From a virus: a stretch of 64,000 nucleotides of DNA. A model generated the notes under the pieces. That model saw nothing but the letters and a program-made list of their open reading frames with translations. It was not told the origin of the DNA and searched no databases. Below, piece by piece: positions 19,712 to 29,062 of the stretch (positions are counted from its first letter, which is position 1; each line of letters starts with the position of its first letter). Both the position numbers and the translations under genes were made by a program. Where the stretch lies: positions 67,917 through 131,916 of the IMG/VR virus record IMGVR_UViG_3300025411_000008. One strand, 5' to 3'.

Positions 19712-20494
19712 TTAACTTTCGTCTTCCTCGAGGTCATTAACATCGAACATTCTTTGTACCTTTGCCCCAGGTATATTAACTGTTGGTGTATTAGATGGTT
19801 GGTTACTTGGTGGCGTAGCTTCAGGAACTGTTTGAACCTTACGCTCTCTTCTCTTTGGCGTAGGTGTTTCATCGACTGGTGTCGTTGATTCCTCAGAGTT
19901 ATAACCCTTAACCTTTGACTTCGGCATCTTAATATCATGCTTTGGTGCTTCATCATCGGCAGATAAATAAGTAACACCTGTAGTTACTGTCTGATATGGT
20001 GTTGGTGTTGTAACTGGAGCATCGCTGTCTTGTATACCACGAGTTCTAGAACGTTCTTTGTTCCTAACAACTCGTCTCTTCGTTTCGCTCTTCAAGCTAC
20101 TTACAGCACGCTCAGTCTTGTTAATGTTCCTATTTTCAATGCGTTGATCTGTCTTACCAGATTCGCCTGGGTTCAGACCAGATGGACGCTGGTTAGCAAC
20201 AGCATGTTCCATCTCAACGATTTCATTACCAACAAAAAGAGCATGGTTTGCGCATGTGTGAACCTGTGTCACTCCAGATGGAGTGTAAATGAATTCACCA
20301 TCTTTGTTCTCTGCTACGCCACCACGCTCGTAGCTCTTAGCACCTTTTGCTCTAGCTTTCAAAGCTTTCCTAGAAGAACGCTGGATGCTATCGCACGGGC
20401 CCAGAGAATCATATTTCTTCGCTTGTTCTGGAGCTAAGCTATCTCTAAGATCAGCTATGCAGCAACGCTTTCCCATATTAACATGCGTATCCAT
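19712..20494 (-). CDS. hypothetical protein
   Basis: 260-aa ORF, coupled to the upstream gene by a TAATG overlap. Confidence 0.65.
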   Translation of the reverse strand: MDTHVNMGKRCCIADLRDSLAPEQAKKYDSLGPCDSIQRSSRKALKARAKGAKSYERGGVAENKDGEFIYTPSGVTQVHTCANHALFVGNEIVEMEHAVANQRPSGLNPGESGKTDQRIENRNINKTERAVSSLKSETKRRVVRNKERSRTRGIQDSDAPVTTPTPYQTVTTGVTYLSADDEAPKHDIKMPKSKVKGYNSEESTTPVDETPTPKRRERKVQTVPEATPPSNQPSNTPTVNIPGAKVQRMFDVNDLEEDES

Positions 20495-21723
20495 TATTGA
20501 TCTCCCTTGCAGCGGTAAGACTCAGCAATAAATTTGTCAACACGGTCAAATTTATTGCCAGGGTAGCTATCTGGAAATGGAGCGGTTTTGATTTTAGCGA
20601 TGCCACTCTTGTAATCATCACTTTGCTTAATCTTGGAGATGTTTTCTGGTGTTTCAAAGCCTCTTCTTTTTTCACAACCACAAAAGACGTGTGACTCTTG
20701 CTTAGTAGGCGTTGAGGGTGTAGACGCAGGAAGCAATGCTTGCTCTTCTCTTTTTTGCCTTATTTGCTTTATTTCGTCGAAAGTGTCTTTGAAGGCACCT
20801 GCGTAACCAGTACCTTCTTGCTCTCCGCGTCTTACAAGCATCTTATTGATAGATTCAATGTTTTGACGACCCTTCATTGCAAGCACTCGGTCTTGACCCT
20901 GCACACCGTGTTCGGGGATAGCAATGGTAGTCTTACGTGATGGTTTGCTAGCAGGCACTCTAGAAGTTCCAGAAGACGCGCTTGAGTCATCGTCTTCAAA
21001 GTCTTCTAACTCTGGTACGTGTTCTTCTGGGGTTTCATCAGTGGGAGCAGACTTTGTCTTATTGAACTTCTTATTGACAGGTGGCAATGCCTGGATAGGA
21101 ATACCCTTATCTTCTTCCTGATCACCTTCATGTTCTTCTTCGTGAGAAACATTCTCTGGGATTTCTTCTTCAGCTTCTTCAGCTTCGTGAGGAGATTCTT
21201 CTTCTGGGTGTCCAGGAAGCGTTTCAGGATCGTAAGTGAACTTACCTACTTGTTCTTCTTCAGCTTTCTCTTCATCATTGGGTTCTGTATCAACTTGTTC
21301 TGGCTCTTTGTCTTCAGTTGCATCAGACCATTCTTCCTGCTTGCCTTCGTAGTCATCAGGATCGTAATCGTCGCTAGAAGCGTTGAAAAGCATTTTGAAT
21401 GTGGCTGTCTTGCCCAAAGATGGCAATGCAATAATATTTGCTTTTTTCAAGAACTCAATAGATTCAGGAGAATATTTGATCGTGCCAGGCGTTTGGCCCT
21501 GCTTATTCAAAATGTCTTTAAGAGCGTCTTCTTCGCTGGTATAAAGCTTTTTAGGCGTTGAAACTGACGTAGGAGCAGTAGGGTGCTCTGTTCTCTTATA
21601 TTTTCTAGGCCCTGGTTCTTTTTGCCCTGATTGTGTGTTATCTTTTCTCAAATACCACTCAGGGTCTCCATTACTAATGGCACCCGTACCCGAAGAGTAC
21701 TTAGAATTAAATGTTTTAGCCAT
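20494..21723 (-). CDS. acidic, disordered hypothetical protein
   Basis: 409 aa, Glu-rich; N-terminus FNSKYS. Confidence 0.65.
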   Translation of the reverse strand: MAKTFNSKYSSGTGAISNGDPEWYLRKDNTQSGQKEPGPRKYKRTEHPTAPTSVSTPKKLYTSEEDALKDILNKQGQTPGTIKYSPESIEFLKKANIIALPSLGKTATFKMLFNASSDDYDPDDYEGKQEEWSDATEDKEPEQVDTEPNDEEKAEEEQVGKFTYDPETLPGHPEEESPHEAEEAEEEIPENVSHEEEHEGDQEEDKGIPIQALPPVNKKFNKTKSAPTDETPEEHVPELEDFEDDDSSASSGTSRVPASKPSRKTTIAIPEHGVQGQDRVLAMKGRQNIESINKMLVRRGEQEGTGYAGAFKDTFDEIKQIRQKREEQALLPASTPSTPTKQESHVFCGCEKRRGFETPENISKIKQSDDYKSGIAKIKTAPFPDSYPGNKFDRVDKFIAESYRCKGDQ

Positions 21724-21753
21724 ATCAACCTAACGATTCAACAAAGGTTGATA

Positions 21754-22359
21754 TTACTTGTTGTATTGATCTGGGTAGTTCTTGTGAAAAGGATTGTGCT
21801 TCATAGGGCTCGTAAACTTGTCGTGCTCTTGAGTGGGCTCAGGGTTGTTAAACTTCTTCCTGGAGTCATCAATGCCCTTGTCAACTCTGCTACCAATGCA
21901 ATTGTGAAGGCCACTAGCACCACACTTCTTACAACGATCATCCTCACGTGGCTCATAGTGTTTGTGGTAATCGTTAGGGCCAGACTTAGGATTGTACTGT
22001 GGAGGAGTCTTCTTATTAGCATTGTTGGGGTCATCACCATTACCACCAGCAAATGTGGTTTCAGCAGCAATCTTGCAGAATTGGCAAGATGCGTGACGGA
22101 GCTGCCACTCTTCGTGTACAGCGCGTACGAGTTTAGCCTTGGAGTCACTGACGTTGGCGAGTCTGCGGTGTGCAGTGCGCTCGATGTCCTCTTCGACCAT
22201 TTGCATGCGGAAAGCAAGCTCCTTATCGCTGTGAGCCATGAACAAGAAATCACCTGTGTTGGTAAGCAGCTCGTGCTTAGCAGTGACAAGCTTCTTACCA
22301 GCAAGCTTGGCATCAAATGCCATATTTACTGAGTCATCGTAATCGAACATCGAGGTCAT
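21754..22359 (-). CDS. hypothetical head-associated protein
   Basis: 201 aa with AAGGAG RBS. Confidence 0.65.
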   Translation of the reverse strand: MTSMFDYDDSVNMAFDAKLAGKKLVTAKHELLTNTGDFLFMAHSDKELAFRMQMVEEDIERTAHRRLANVSDSKAKLVRAVHEEWQLRHASCQFCKIAAETTFAGGNGDDPNNANKKTPPQYNPKSGPNDYHKHYEPREDDRCKKCGASGLHNCIGSRVDKGIDDSRKKFNNPEPTQEHDKFTSPMKHNPFHKNYPDQYNK

Positions 22360-22448
22360 CGTGTTACTCCTTATACTGTTCCCTTAGGAACGCTGGACAG
22401 TAGGCAATATATGCCTAATACCTGTTATAAGATAGAGCATGTTTTAAA

Positions 22449-22532
22449 TGGTCGATGGGGAGAGATTCGAACTCCCGTACCCGAAGGATCTGGTTTACAG
22501 CCAGACGCGATTGGCCACTCCGCCACCCATCG
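22449..22532 (-). tRNA. tRNA-Tyr(GTA)
   Basis: Full cloverleaf; anticodon arm TCTGG-CTGTAAA-CCAGA; long variable arm; encoded CCA; C1-G72 pair. Confidence 0.93.
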
Positions 22533-22537
22533 ATTTG

Positions 22538-22608
22538 CTGAGGGAGAAGGACTCGAACCTTCAACAAAAGCTCCAAAGGCTCCCGTGTTGCCATTACACC
22601 ATCCCTCA
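22538..22608 (-). tRNA. tRNA-Gln(TTG)
   Basis: Cloverleaf; anticodon arm GGAGC-CTTTGGA-GCTTT; T-loop TTCGAGT. Confidence 0.92.
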
Positions 22609-22630
22609 ATGTTTATTGCATGGCATGCAG

Positions 22631-22717
22631 CGGAATGAGTAGGATTCGAACCTACGGAGGCTTTGATACCTCGCCGGTTTAGCAAACCGGTGCTTTCGAC
22701 CACTCAGCCATCATTCC
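22631..22717 (-). tRNA. tRNA-Ser(GCT)
   Basis: Cloverleaf; anticodon arm CCGGT-TTGCTAA-ACCGG; long variable arm. Confidence 0.93.
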
Positions 22718-22722
22718 TTATG

Positions 22723-22794
22723 CTCCCAGGGTAGGGATCGAACCTACGACCGAGCGATTAACAGTCGCTTGCTCTGCCGCTGAGCTACCTGGGA
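22723..22794 (-). tRNA. tRNA-Asn(GTT)
   Basis: Cloverleaf; anticodon arm AGCGA-CTGTTAA-TCGCT. Confidence 0.93.
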
Positions 22795-22802
22795 TTGTAA
22801 AA

Positions 22803-23162
22803 CTAGTCTCCTTTGACCACTCTGATACTATCATAGTCGAAGTGTTGGGTAGAGAACTCAAATACGCGTGAATTCTCTAGACCAATGATTCTGTGACGTA
22901 AACCGACAGGTACGTGGAAAAGGTCTCCCGCATTAAGCACCTTTTCCTGTGCGAGCTCGATATCGTCTGTCTCACCGTAAAGTACGATGACCTTACCGTT
23001 CTCTACGTAGAAGGTTTCGTCCTTGATGTTGTGATAATGGTAAGAAAGCTTCTTACCCTTATTCATGTGCAAGATCTTGGCGCAGTACTTCTCAGAGTTA
23101 CAAAGAATCTCTTCATAACCCCAGCCCTTTTCTACAAATTCCTTATTCAAAGAAGTCATCAC
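22803..23162 (-). CDS. cupin-domain protein (sugar-phosphate isomerase-like)
   Basis: KGWGYEE, LSYHYH..KDETFY and HRI cupin motifs. Confidence 0.8.
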   Translation of the reverse strand: MMTSLNKEFVEKGWGYEEILCNSEKYCAKILHMNKGKKLSYHYHNIKDETFYVENGKVIVLYGETDDIELAQEKVLNAGDLFHVPVGLRHRIIGLENSRVFEFSTQHFDYDSIRVVKGD

Positions 23163-23460
23163 TGTTTATTCCTTTGTCATCGATGTAAAAATCAGCAGAA
23201 GGTTTACCCATGATTAGATGATGGTACTTACAACCCCATTGCTTAAGCTGACGCTCCGTAATGTCACGGAAAAGTATTTCTACAAGCTTTGGGTCATTAT
23301 TTGTCCTATGCATACCTCGAGCCGTAAAATAAACGACTGTATGACCCTCTGAATAAAGCTTGTTTATCTGATCAATACGTTCTTGAACAGGCAGTGCATT
23401 TTCATACTTACCATCAGTAAGTGTGCAGATGGTGCCATCAATATCTACAACGTATCTCAT
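23143..23460 (-). CDS. small HAD-family phosphatase
   Basis: VDIDGTIC, FTARG and GKPSADFYIDDK HAD motifs. Confidence 0.8.
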   Translation of the reverse strand: MRYVVDIDGTICTLTDGKYENALPVQERIDQINKLYSEGHTVVYFTARGMHRTNNDPKLVEILFRDITERQLKQWGCKYHHLIMGKPSADFYIDDKGINSDDFFE

Positions 23461-23846
23461 CGTTCTAAGATCCTAGTGGTTGAATAAGGCTCAAGTCTAG
23501 TGAAATAATCAATCTTCTTTGCGTACTCTTTACCAGGGAAGTCCTTGCCGAACCAGTCAGCACCAGCAAACCAGATATCTGGGGATAAAGCCTTGACGAT
23601 ATTGATCAGTTCTTCATCTGAGTCAAAGAGTAGCGTTTGATCAACATACTTAAAAGCATCAATAACAAATTGTCTATCATACTGATTATGGAAAGGTCGA
23701 TCAGAGCCTTTCTTCTCTTTTACACGCCTATCAGTGTCGATAGCAACAGTTAGGGTGTCACCATGCGATTTGGCATGTTTTAGAAGTGCTACATGGCCTT
23801 TATGAATGACATCAAACGTGCCAGTTAAAAAGATCTTCTTATCCAT
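23457..23846 (-). CDS. heptose-1-phosphate adenylyltransferase-like (HldC/RfaE domain II, cytidylyltransferase family)
   Basis: GTFDVIHKGH, KGSDRP and YSTT motifs. Confidence 0.8.
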   Translation of the reverse strand: MDKKIFLTGTFDVIHKGHVALLKHAKSHGDTLTVAIDTDRRVKEKKGSDRPFHNQYDRQFVIDAFKYVDQTLLFDSDEELINIVKALSPDIWFAGADWFGKDFPGKEYAKKIDYFTRLEPYSTTRILER

Positions 23847-24624
23847 TTAGATACTCGTCTACAGTCTTGAATTTGTAGTCACCCCACTCTGGCTTAGCAC
23901 AGGTATACGTCTGATACTTGCCAACCAGGTGTTCTGGGAACGGTACATATTCTATAGCACCGTTATAAAGGTATGCAACTGACTCAGCAACGTCTTTAAA
24001 GCTAATTGGGTTGCTTGTGCCAAGATCATAGATGCCAGAAGGCTTATCGTTGTTGAGAACGATTTCAACAAGGTCATCAACGCAGACAAAGTCTCTCTTG
24101 AAGTTCTCTGAGCCTTCAAACAGCTTTAGAGAGCCTGTCTCTTTAATTTGGGCTGAGAACTTGCTAACAGGGCTTGCCTGGTCACCTTTACGGCCTTCAT
24201 AATCACCATATACGTTGAAGTAACGAAAACCTTGGATAAGAGAGAACTTATCCATGTTATCTTGCACCCAGTAGTCAACTGTCAGCTTTGACATAGCATA
24301 TTGGTTCTTAGGGTTAGGAATACCCTGCAAATCGCCATAAACGGAAGCAGAAGAAGCATACTTAACAGGGATACCAAAAGAGATAGCAATCTCAAAGAGG
24401 TCTATCGTGTATTCAACGTTCCAGGCATACAGTTTCTTAACATCCTTTTCAGTAGTGCTGGAGATAGCACCCTGGTGCAAAATAAGATCAACTTTATCCC
24501 ATTCTTTAAAGTTATAAAGGAAGTGATAAGCATCTTCTTTATCAATAGGCAATAAAGGCTTGTTAGAAAGAACCTTGCTAAAGTTTCTACCAATGAAACC
24601 TTCTGAACCAGTCAAAATGATCAT
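23839..24624 (-). CDS. hldD: ADP-L-glycero-D-manno-heptose 6-epimerase-like
   Basis: TGSEGFIG, HQGAISSTTE, YASSASVYG, YAMSK, RYFNVYG, RDFV and GKYQTYT motifs. Confidence 0.85.
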   Translation of the reverse strand: MIILTGSEGFIGRNFSKVLSNKPLLPIDKEDAYHFLYNFKEWDKVDLILHQGAISSTTEKDVKKLYAWNVEYTIDLFEIAISFGIPVKYASSASVYGDLQGIPNPKNQYAMSKLTVDYWVQDNMDKFSLIQGFRYFNVYGDYEGRKGDQASPVSKFSAQIKETGSLKLFEGSENFKRDFVCVDDLVEIVLNNDKPSGIYDLGTSNPISFKDVAESVAYLYNGAIEYVPFPEHLVGKYQTYTCAKPEWGDYKFKTVDEYLNG

Positions 24625-25349
24625 ATCGTTGTAACCCCTCTATGCTTTACCACTTCAGAAGCGCATTTATTAGCATACTCAATGCTTTTGATGATATTGC
24701 CGCAATTAGCATACTCAACGACAAGTGCTGCCATGAAAGCATCGCCTGCACCTGAGGAGTCCTTGACTTCTACCTTGTCAACGTGATAACGGTTACCGTT
24801 GTACTCGCAACCATCTCCACCCATCGTATGGATGATCTTCTTCTTGAAAGATTCTGTAACTTTGGGGTCAGAGTTCTTGTATTCGTAATCGTTGATCTTA
24901 ATGATGAAAGCCTTTTTGGCCCACTTCCCTAGCTTCTTCTTAGTATCGAGGAATACACGTGGGTGTGACTTACAAATATCTTTGATGTCGTCTTCTGTTA
25001 GATAACCTTTGTTATAGTCAGAAATAACTACAATGTCATATTCGCTGTAATCGATATCGTTTTTAAACCTACCATAGTTTGGCTCTGTATCGACTCTAAT
25101 AAACATGTGGTTAGTTGCTTCATGAACGTATCTTGTCTTAGTAATAGACCGCCAATTATGGTTGGTTCTAATGTTGACGTCATCCGCAAACTTTTTGATG
25201 TTGTTTAACACGTTCAGTGCCATACCAGGATTCTTTACCTCATGCATGGCGTTTAGCACAGGTACTGGAATATCGGGTGCAAGACGCATTGCATCACAAT
25301 AAACAAATACGTCCATGCAACTTTCACCTATTACTAAAATTTTAGTCAT
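24621..25349 (-). CDS. heptose-7-phosphate kinase-like (HldA/RfaE domain I, PfkB family)
   Basis: RLAPDIPVPV, KTRY, ISDYNKG and DSSGAGD motifs. Confidence 0.82.
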   Translation of the reverse strand: MTKILVIGESCMDVFVYCDAMRLAPDIPVPVLNAMHEVKNPGMALNVLNNIKKFADDVNIRTNHNWRSITKTRYVHEATNHMFIRVDTEPNYGRFKNDIDYSEYDIVVISDYNKGYLTEDDIKDICKSHPRVFLDTKKKLGKWAKKAFIIKINDYEYKNSDPKVTESFKKKIIHTMGGDGCEYNGNRYHVDKVEVKDSSGAGDAFMAALVVEYANCGNIIKSIEYANKCASEVVKHRGVTTI

Positions 25350-25831
25350 TAGAAAATAGGTAAGCCATCTTTTTTAAGATAGATCATGGCAGGGGCCTTG
25401 ATCAAATATGCATCAATCATAGCCTTTTCTGTAGCTTCACGGCTAGTAGGAAAGTAACTTTGTACATTTTTGAATACCGTAGCTAAGCGTTCAGGGTTGA
25501 GCGGACGGTGAGTAGGACCATGCGTTGGATAATCAGAATAACCAACCAACATAACAGGCAAGTTTTGTTCATCAATATCAATTTTGACTTGCTCATAAGG
25601 TCGTTCGATTACAAAAGGAGTAATTGAATAAACTACTGGACGAAACCCATCGATAGCAAGACCAGCAGCCAAGCTAGTAATTGATTGCTCAGTGAGACCA
25701 AGGTTGAAGAACCGTTCAGGAAACTTTTCTTTGAACTCAGTCATCTCTTGCTCTACGTCGCCTGTAATCAATACGATGCGATCATCTTTTTCAGCGAGCT
25801 TAACGATTGTCTTACCGAATGCTACTCTCAT
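25349..25831 (-). CDS. transketolase pyrimidine-binding domain (split, no C-terminal domain)
   Basis: PERFFNLGLTEQ, RPYEQVKID and GPTH motifs; start placed at MRVAFG (ATGA overlap). Confidence 0.85.
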   Translation of the reverse strand: MRVAFGKTIVKLAEKDDRIVLITGDVEQEMTEFKEKFPERFFNLGLTEQSITSLAAGLAIDGFRPVVYSITPFVIERPYEQVKIDIDEQNLPVMLVGYSDYPTHGPTHRPLNPERLATVFKNVQSYFPTSREATEKAMIDAYLIKAPAMIYLKKDGLPIF

Positions 25832-26553
25832 GCCAGTTCCTCCAATGCTTGCTTTTCTAGGTCTCCACCTAGCCAATTTGAGTGCCATTTAGGTTGGTTT
25901 TCCATAAAGCTTACACCCTTACCCTTGATTGTGTTTGCAACAATCAAAGTAGGAGATACTGCAGCTTCAAAATTGATGTTGATAAGATCATCGTTGTGAC
26001 CATCAATTTCATGCACTTCCCAACCAGCAGCTTGTGCAGCAGCAATAAGAGCACGGTCTACGGGCATGATTTCGTCAACGTACCCAGAACCCTGGATCTT
26101 ATTGTTATCTACGATAACAACCAAGTTATTGAGCTTTAGGCGTGCAGCAATAAGAATTGATTCCCAAGTAGTGCCTTCTTGGCATTCGCCATCACCCATA
26201 AGAACAAACACTTTTTCATTTGAGTTGTTGAGCTTACGAGCAAGAGCCATCCCCATAGACACTGGGAAACCATGTCCCATGCTACCTGCGGTGCAATAAA
26301 TGCCATTCTCAGGCTCATAATGAGGGTGACCTTCAAGGGTGGGGTTATAACCTTGTTCACGCAAAAGCACATAGTATGACCAGCAGCTGTGCCCCTTGCT
26401 CAAAACAAAACGGTCATTCTTTCCCATGATTTTATCAAAAAGATTGATCAGAATTTCAGTACAACTAAAGCTACCGCCATAATGATAACCACCATTAGCT
26501 TTGCTAATCTCAATAGCATCTCTGCGTACTTGCTTTGATCTTTCGTTTAACAT
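25828..26553 (-). CDS. transketolase N-terminal (ThDP-binding) subunit
   Basis: HYGGSFS, DRFVLSKGH, GDGECQEG..WE and TIKGKGVSFME..WH motifs. Confidence 0.88.
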   Translation of the reverse strand: MLNERSKQVRRDAIEISKANGGYHYGGSFSCTEILINLFDKIMGKNDRFVLSKGHSCWSYYVLLREQGYNPTLEGHPHYEPENGIYCTAGSMGHGFPVSMGMALARKLNNSNEKVFVLMGDGECQEGTTWESILIAARLKLNNLVVIVDNNKIQGSGYVDEIMPVDRALIAAAQAAGWEVHEIDGHNDDLININFEAAVSPTLIVANTIKGKGVSFMENQPKWHSNWLGGDLEKQALEELA

Positions 26554-27119
26554 TAATTGGCCTTTCCAGATAGATTGCAAATTAGAATTTTTTTATCTTC
26601 ATCGTAATCAAACTCACATGCGTTGTCATACTCTTTAATATAGTTAATTAATTTTTGCTTTGTAGTTTCTTCATCACCAAAATCAAGAGCCATACCACTA
26701 GAAGAATCACCAAGCAGATCAATATCATCAATCAGAATAGTGTGAGCTTTGCGAGGGCGAGCAAAGATTACGTTTAACTCATCCATCAAAGGAACTGCTG
26801 GGTGTTCTACATTCGGGTCACCGCTTGCGCTGTGAGCATCGAGCCAGAAATCTAGCGGGACATCATAAGGCTCAATCATCTCTGATAATTTTTCTTTTGA
26901 GTCGCCTAGAAATAACACTACTCTGTTGTCATTATCAAACTTGCTACAACAATTATCGTAGAAAGATTTATTGAACTCAACAGTTATAACCTTTTCATAA
27001 CCAAGACCAAGTGCTATTTCTACTGTATAGCCATGTTGTGTACCAGTTTCTACAAAGATATTATTTCTCTTATATTTAGAGAACATCAATGTCATTGCTT
27101 CTGTGCTTCTATCTGCCAT
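26553..27119 (-). CDS. putative SAM-dependent methyltransferase-like protein
   Basis: FVETGT..G, GDS, FWLDAH and ILIDD motifs. Confidence 0.6.
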   Translation of the reverse strand: MADRSTEAMTLMFSKYKRNNIFVETGTQHGYTVEIALGLGYEKVITVEFNKSFYDNCCSKFDNDNRVVLFLGDSKEKLSEMIEPYDVPLDFWLDAHSASGDPNVEHPAVPLMDELNVIFARPRKAHTILIDDIDLLGDSSSGMALDFGDEETTKQKLINYIKEYDNACEFDYDEDKKILICNLSGKAN

Positions 27120-28129
27120 TATTCCATCTCAATCATTATTCTACCGGCAATGCCGCTTCTAAGTGTATCAAATGCTTCATTTACTTCGTCAAGTTTATAT
27201 CTGTGAGTAATGAACTCATCAATATAAAGCTTCCCAGCCTTCTCGAGCTTAACATAACGCAAGATATCGTTAGAAGGATCTGTCTTGCCACCCTGGGTAG
27301 CCTTGATACTAAGACCATTACCATTAAAGAAGCTGAGTGCATTGACGATTTCAAGTGACGTTCCTGGCTTGGGTTGACCCACAAGAATCATTCGGCCATT
27401 GTTAGATAGATAGCCAAAGCTCTTCTTAATAACATCGACGTTTCCAGTCGTATCAATAACAACGTCTACTTTACCTTCAAACTCTGTTTCTGAAGTGTTG
27501 TAAAAGAAGTCAGCACCAGCCATGAATGAAAGGTCGCGCTTGCTTTCATTGTTGTCAATAGCAACAATTGGGCTAAGGCTACGCATAGCTGCACCTTGGA
27601 TGAGGTTAAGCCCTACACCACCCGTACCGACAACTGCAACGCTTTCACCAAACTTAAAATCGCACTCATTGTCGATAATACCTAGTGCGGTAGTCAAACT
27701 GCATCCAAGGAGCGCAGCGAGGTCATTAGGGGTCTCTGAAGGGACTGTAGTGAGTCGGTTCTCTGACACGATAGCCCACTGAGCAAGAGTATTTACCTTG
27801 CCACTACTAAAAGTCTTGTCACCAAGGGTGTACTGAGGAAACGCAGCATCGATACCAGTACCTGGTCGCCAGTGCATAACAACCTTGTCACCTACTTTAA
27901 CAGTGGTTACTCCAGGGCCAATGTCTTCTACAATGCCACAACCCTCATGACCCATAAGGTGAGGAAGGAACTTGCCATTACCCTTGTTGCCATTGATCTC
28001 GTGTAGTTGTGAGCCACAGATACCGCTGACAAGGACACGAACCTGTACTTGACCCACTTGGAGCTCAGTAAGGCCAACATCTTCAATAGAAAGAGGAGCG
28101 TTGAGCTCTTTGAGAACGGCAGCCTTCAT
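27119..28129 (-). CDS. Zn-dependent alcohol dehydrogenase (MDR family)
   Basis: GICGSQ, GHEGCG and GTGGVG motifs. Confidence 0.88.
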   Translation of the reverse strand: MKAAVLKELNAPLSIEDVGLTELQVGQVQVRVLVSGICGSQLHEINGNKGNGKFLPHLMGHEGCGIVEDIGPGVTTVKVGDKVVMHWRPGTGIDAAFPQYTLGDKTFSSGKVNTLAQWAIVSENRLTTVPSETPNDLAALLGCSLTTALGIIDNECDFKFGESVAVVGTGGVGLNLIQGAAMRSLSPIVAIDNNESKRDLSFMAGADFFYNTSETEFEGKVDVVIDTTGNVDVIKKSFGYLSNNGRMILVGQPKPGTSLEIVNALSFFNGNGLSIKATQGGKTDPSNDILRYVKLEKAGKLYIDEFITHRYKLDEVNEAFDTLRSGIAGRIMIEME

Positions 28130-28977
28130 TAGATCAACTCGTACAATGACTTGACGGTGCTGAACTTCTTATTGATGTCAAATGTTCTAGCCATATCACG
28201 GTAAGGAACATTTGTATTAACTCGGTCAAGCAGAGAGATGAACTCACCAACCGTTTCCATGCTCCACTTGTTAACAGCAGCAATGAAAGGTGCATTTGGT
28301 ACGCCAACAACTGCCTTACAACGCTTAGCTAGCTTACCAATATCAACCAAAGTCAAATTGTGATCTTGAGTGCTGCGGTAGCCTTCCACCTTGACAGTAG
28401 TAATGACTTTCTTACCCTCATCGGTCAAGTATTGCAGCAATGCAGCAAAGTTCTTGTCTTGTTCTTCTCTAGACATAAGAAGGACTGGGCTAACAGGGTA
28501 TCCATTAATTACTAGGCAGTCAAACTCTTCGCCATCGAGTACATCCTCGGCAAAGCACTCTTCATCAAGTACAACATCATCAATAGAGTTGAATGGCTTG
28601 TTTAGGTGAGGCAAGTTGTACTGGTGCAGGTAGTTACCCATTTCATATACCCACATTGAGTAGCTGCTAAGGGTGTTGTCCTGCTTCGAGTAGTGGATAG
28701 GATCATAAATGCTATCGCCAAGCAAAGCGTGGCACCACAAGTCAATTGAATAACGTGGGTGTGGTGCATCAATAAAGCTTACGTTTGTATCTTGGATCAG
28801 CTCAACAAGTTGAGAACGATACTGAGCAGGAATTAAGATGTTGCATTTAATTTGTTTGTTGTTTTCACACAACTTCTTCAAAACATGCAATGCAACAATG
28901 CAATCACCATGGCCTTTATCACAATGGAAGTAAAGGTCGTTAGTCATTAACATATCTAAGTTAATTGATTTATTCAT
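28129..28977 (-). CDS. hypothetical protein, possible glycosyltransferase (GT9-like)
   Basis: GHGDCI near the N-terminus and a C-terminal VVGVPNAPF segment loosely recall GT-B heptosyltransferases; first gene of the heptose cassette. Confidence 0.4.
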   Translation of the reverse strand: MNKSINLDMLMTNDLYFHCDKGHGDCIVALHVLKKLCENNKQIKCNILIPAQYRSQLVELIQDTNVSFIDAPHPRYSIDLWCHALLGDSIYDPIHYSKQDNTLSSYSMWVYEMGNYLHQYNLPHLNKPFNSIDDVVLDEECFAEDVLDGEEFDCLVINGYPVSPVLLMSREEQDKNFAALLQYLTDEGKKVITTVKVEGYRSTQDHNLTLVDIGKLAKRCKAVVGVPNAPFIAAVNKWSMETVGEFISLLDRVNTNVPYRDMARTFDINKKFSTVKSLYELI

Positions 28978-28979
28978 AG

Positions 28980-29053
28980 CGACCTTGATGGGACTCGAAC
29001 CCACGACCCCCACCGTGACAGGGTGGTGCTCTAACCAACTGAGCTACAAGGCC
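28980..29053 (-). tRNA. tRNA-Asp(GTC)
   Basis: Cloverleaf; anticodon arm CCACC-CTGTCAC-GGTGG; T-loop TTCGAGT. Confidence 0.94.
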
Positions 29054-29062
29054 TAAACTGCG

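Noticed and set aside
22411-22703. ORFs overlapping 22411-22703
   Set aside because: The region is a tRNA cluster.
22803-28977. Heptose cassette as host contamination or chimera
   Set aside because: It is co-oriented, compact and continuous with the phage tRNAs and late genes, and the genes are minimal in a phage-like way; read-level confirmation is still advisable.
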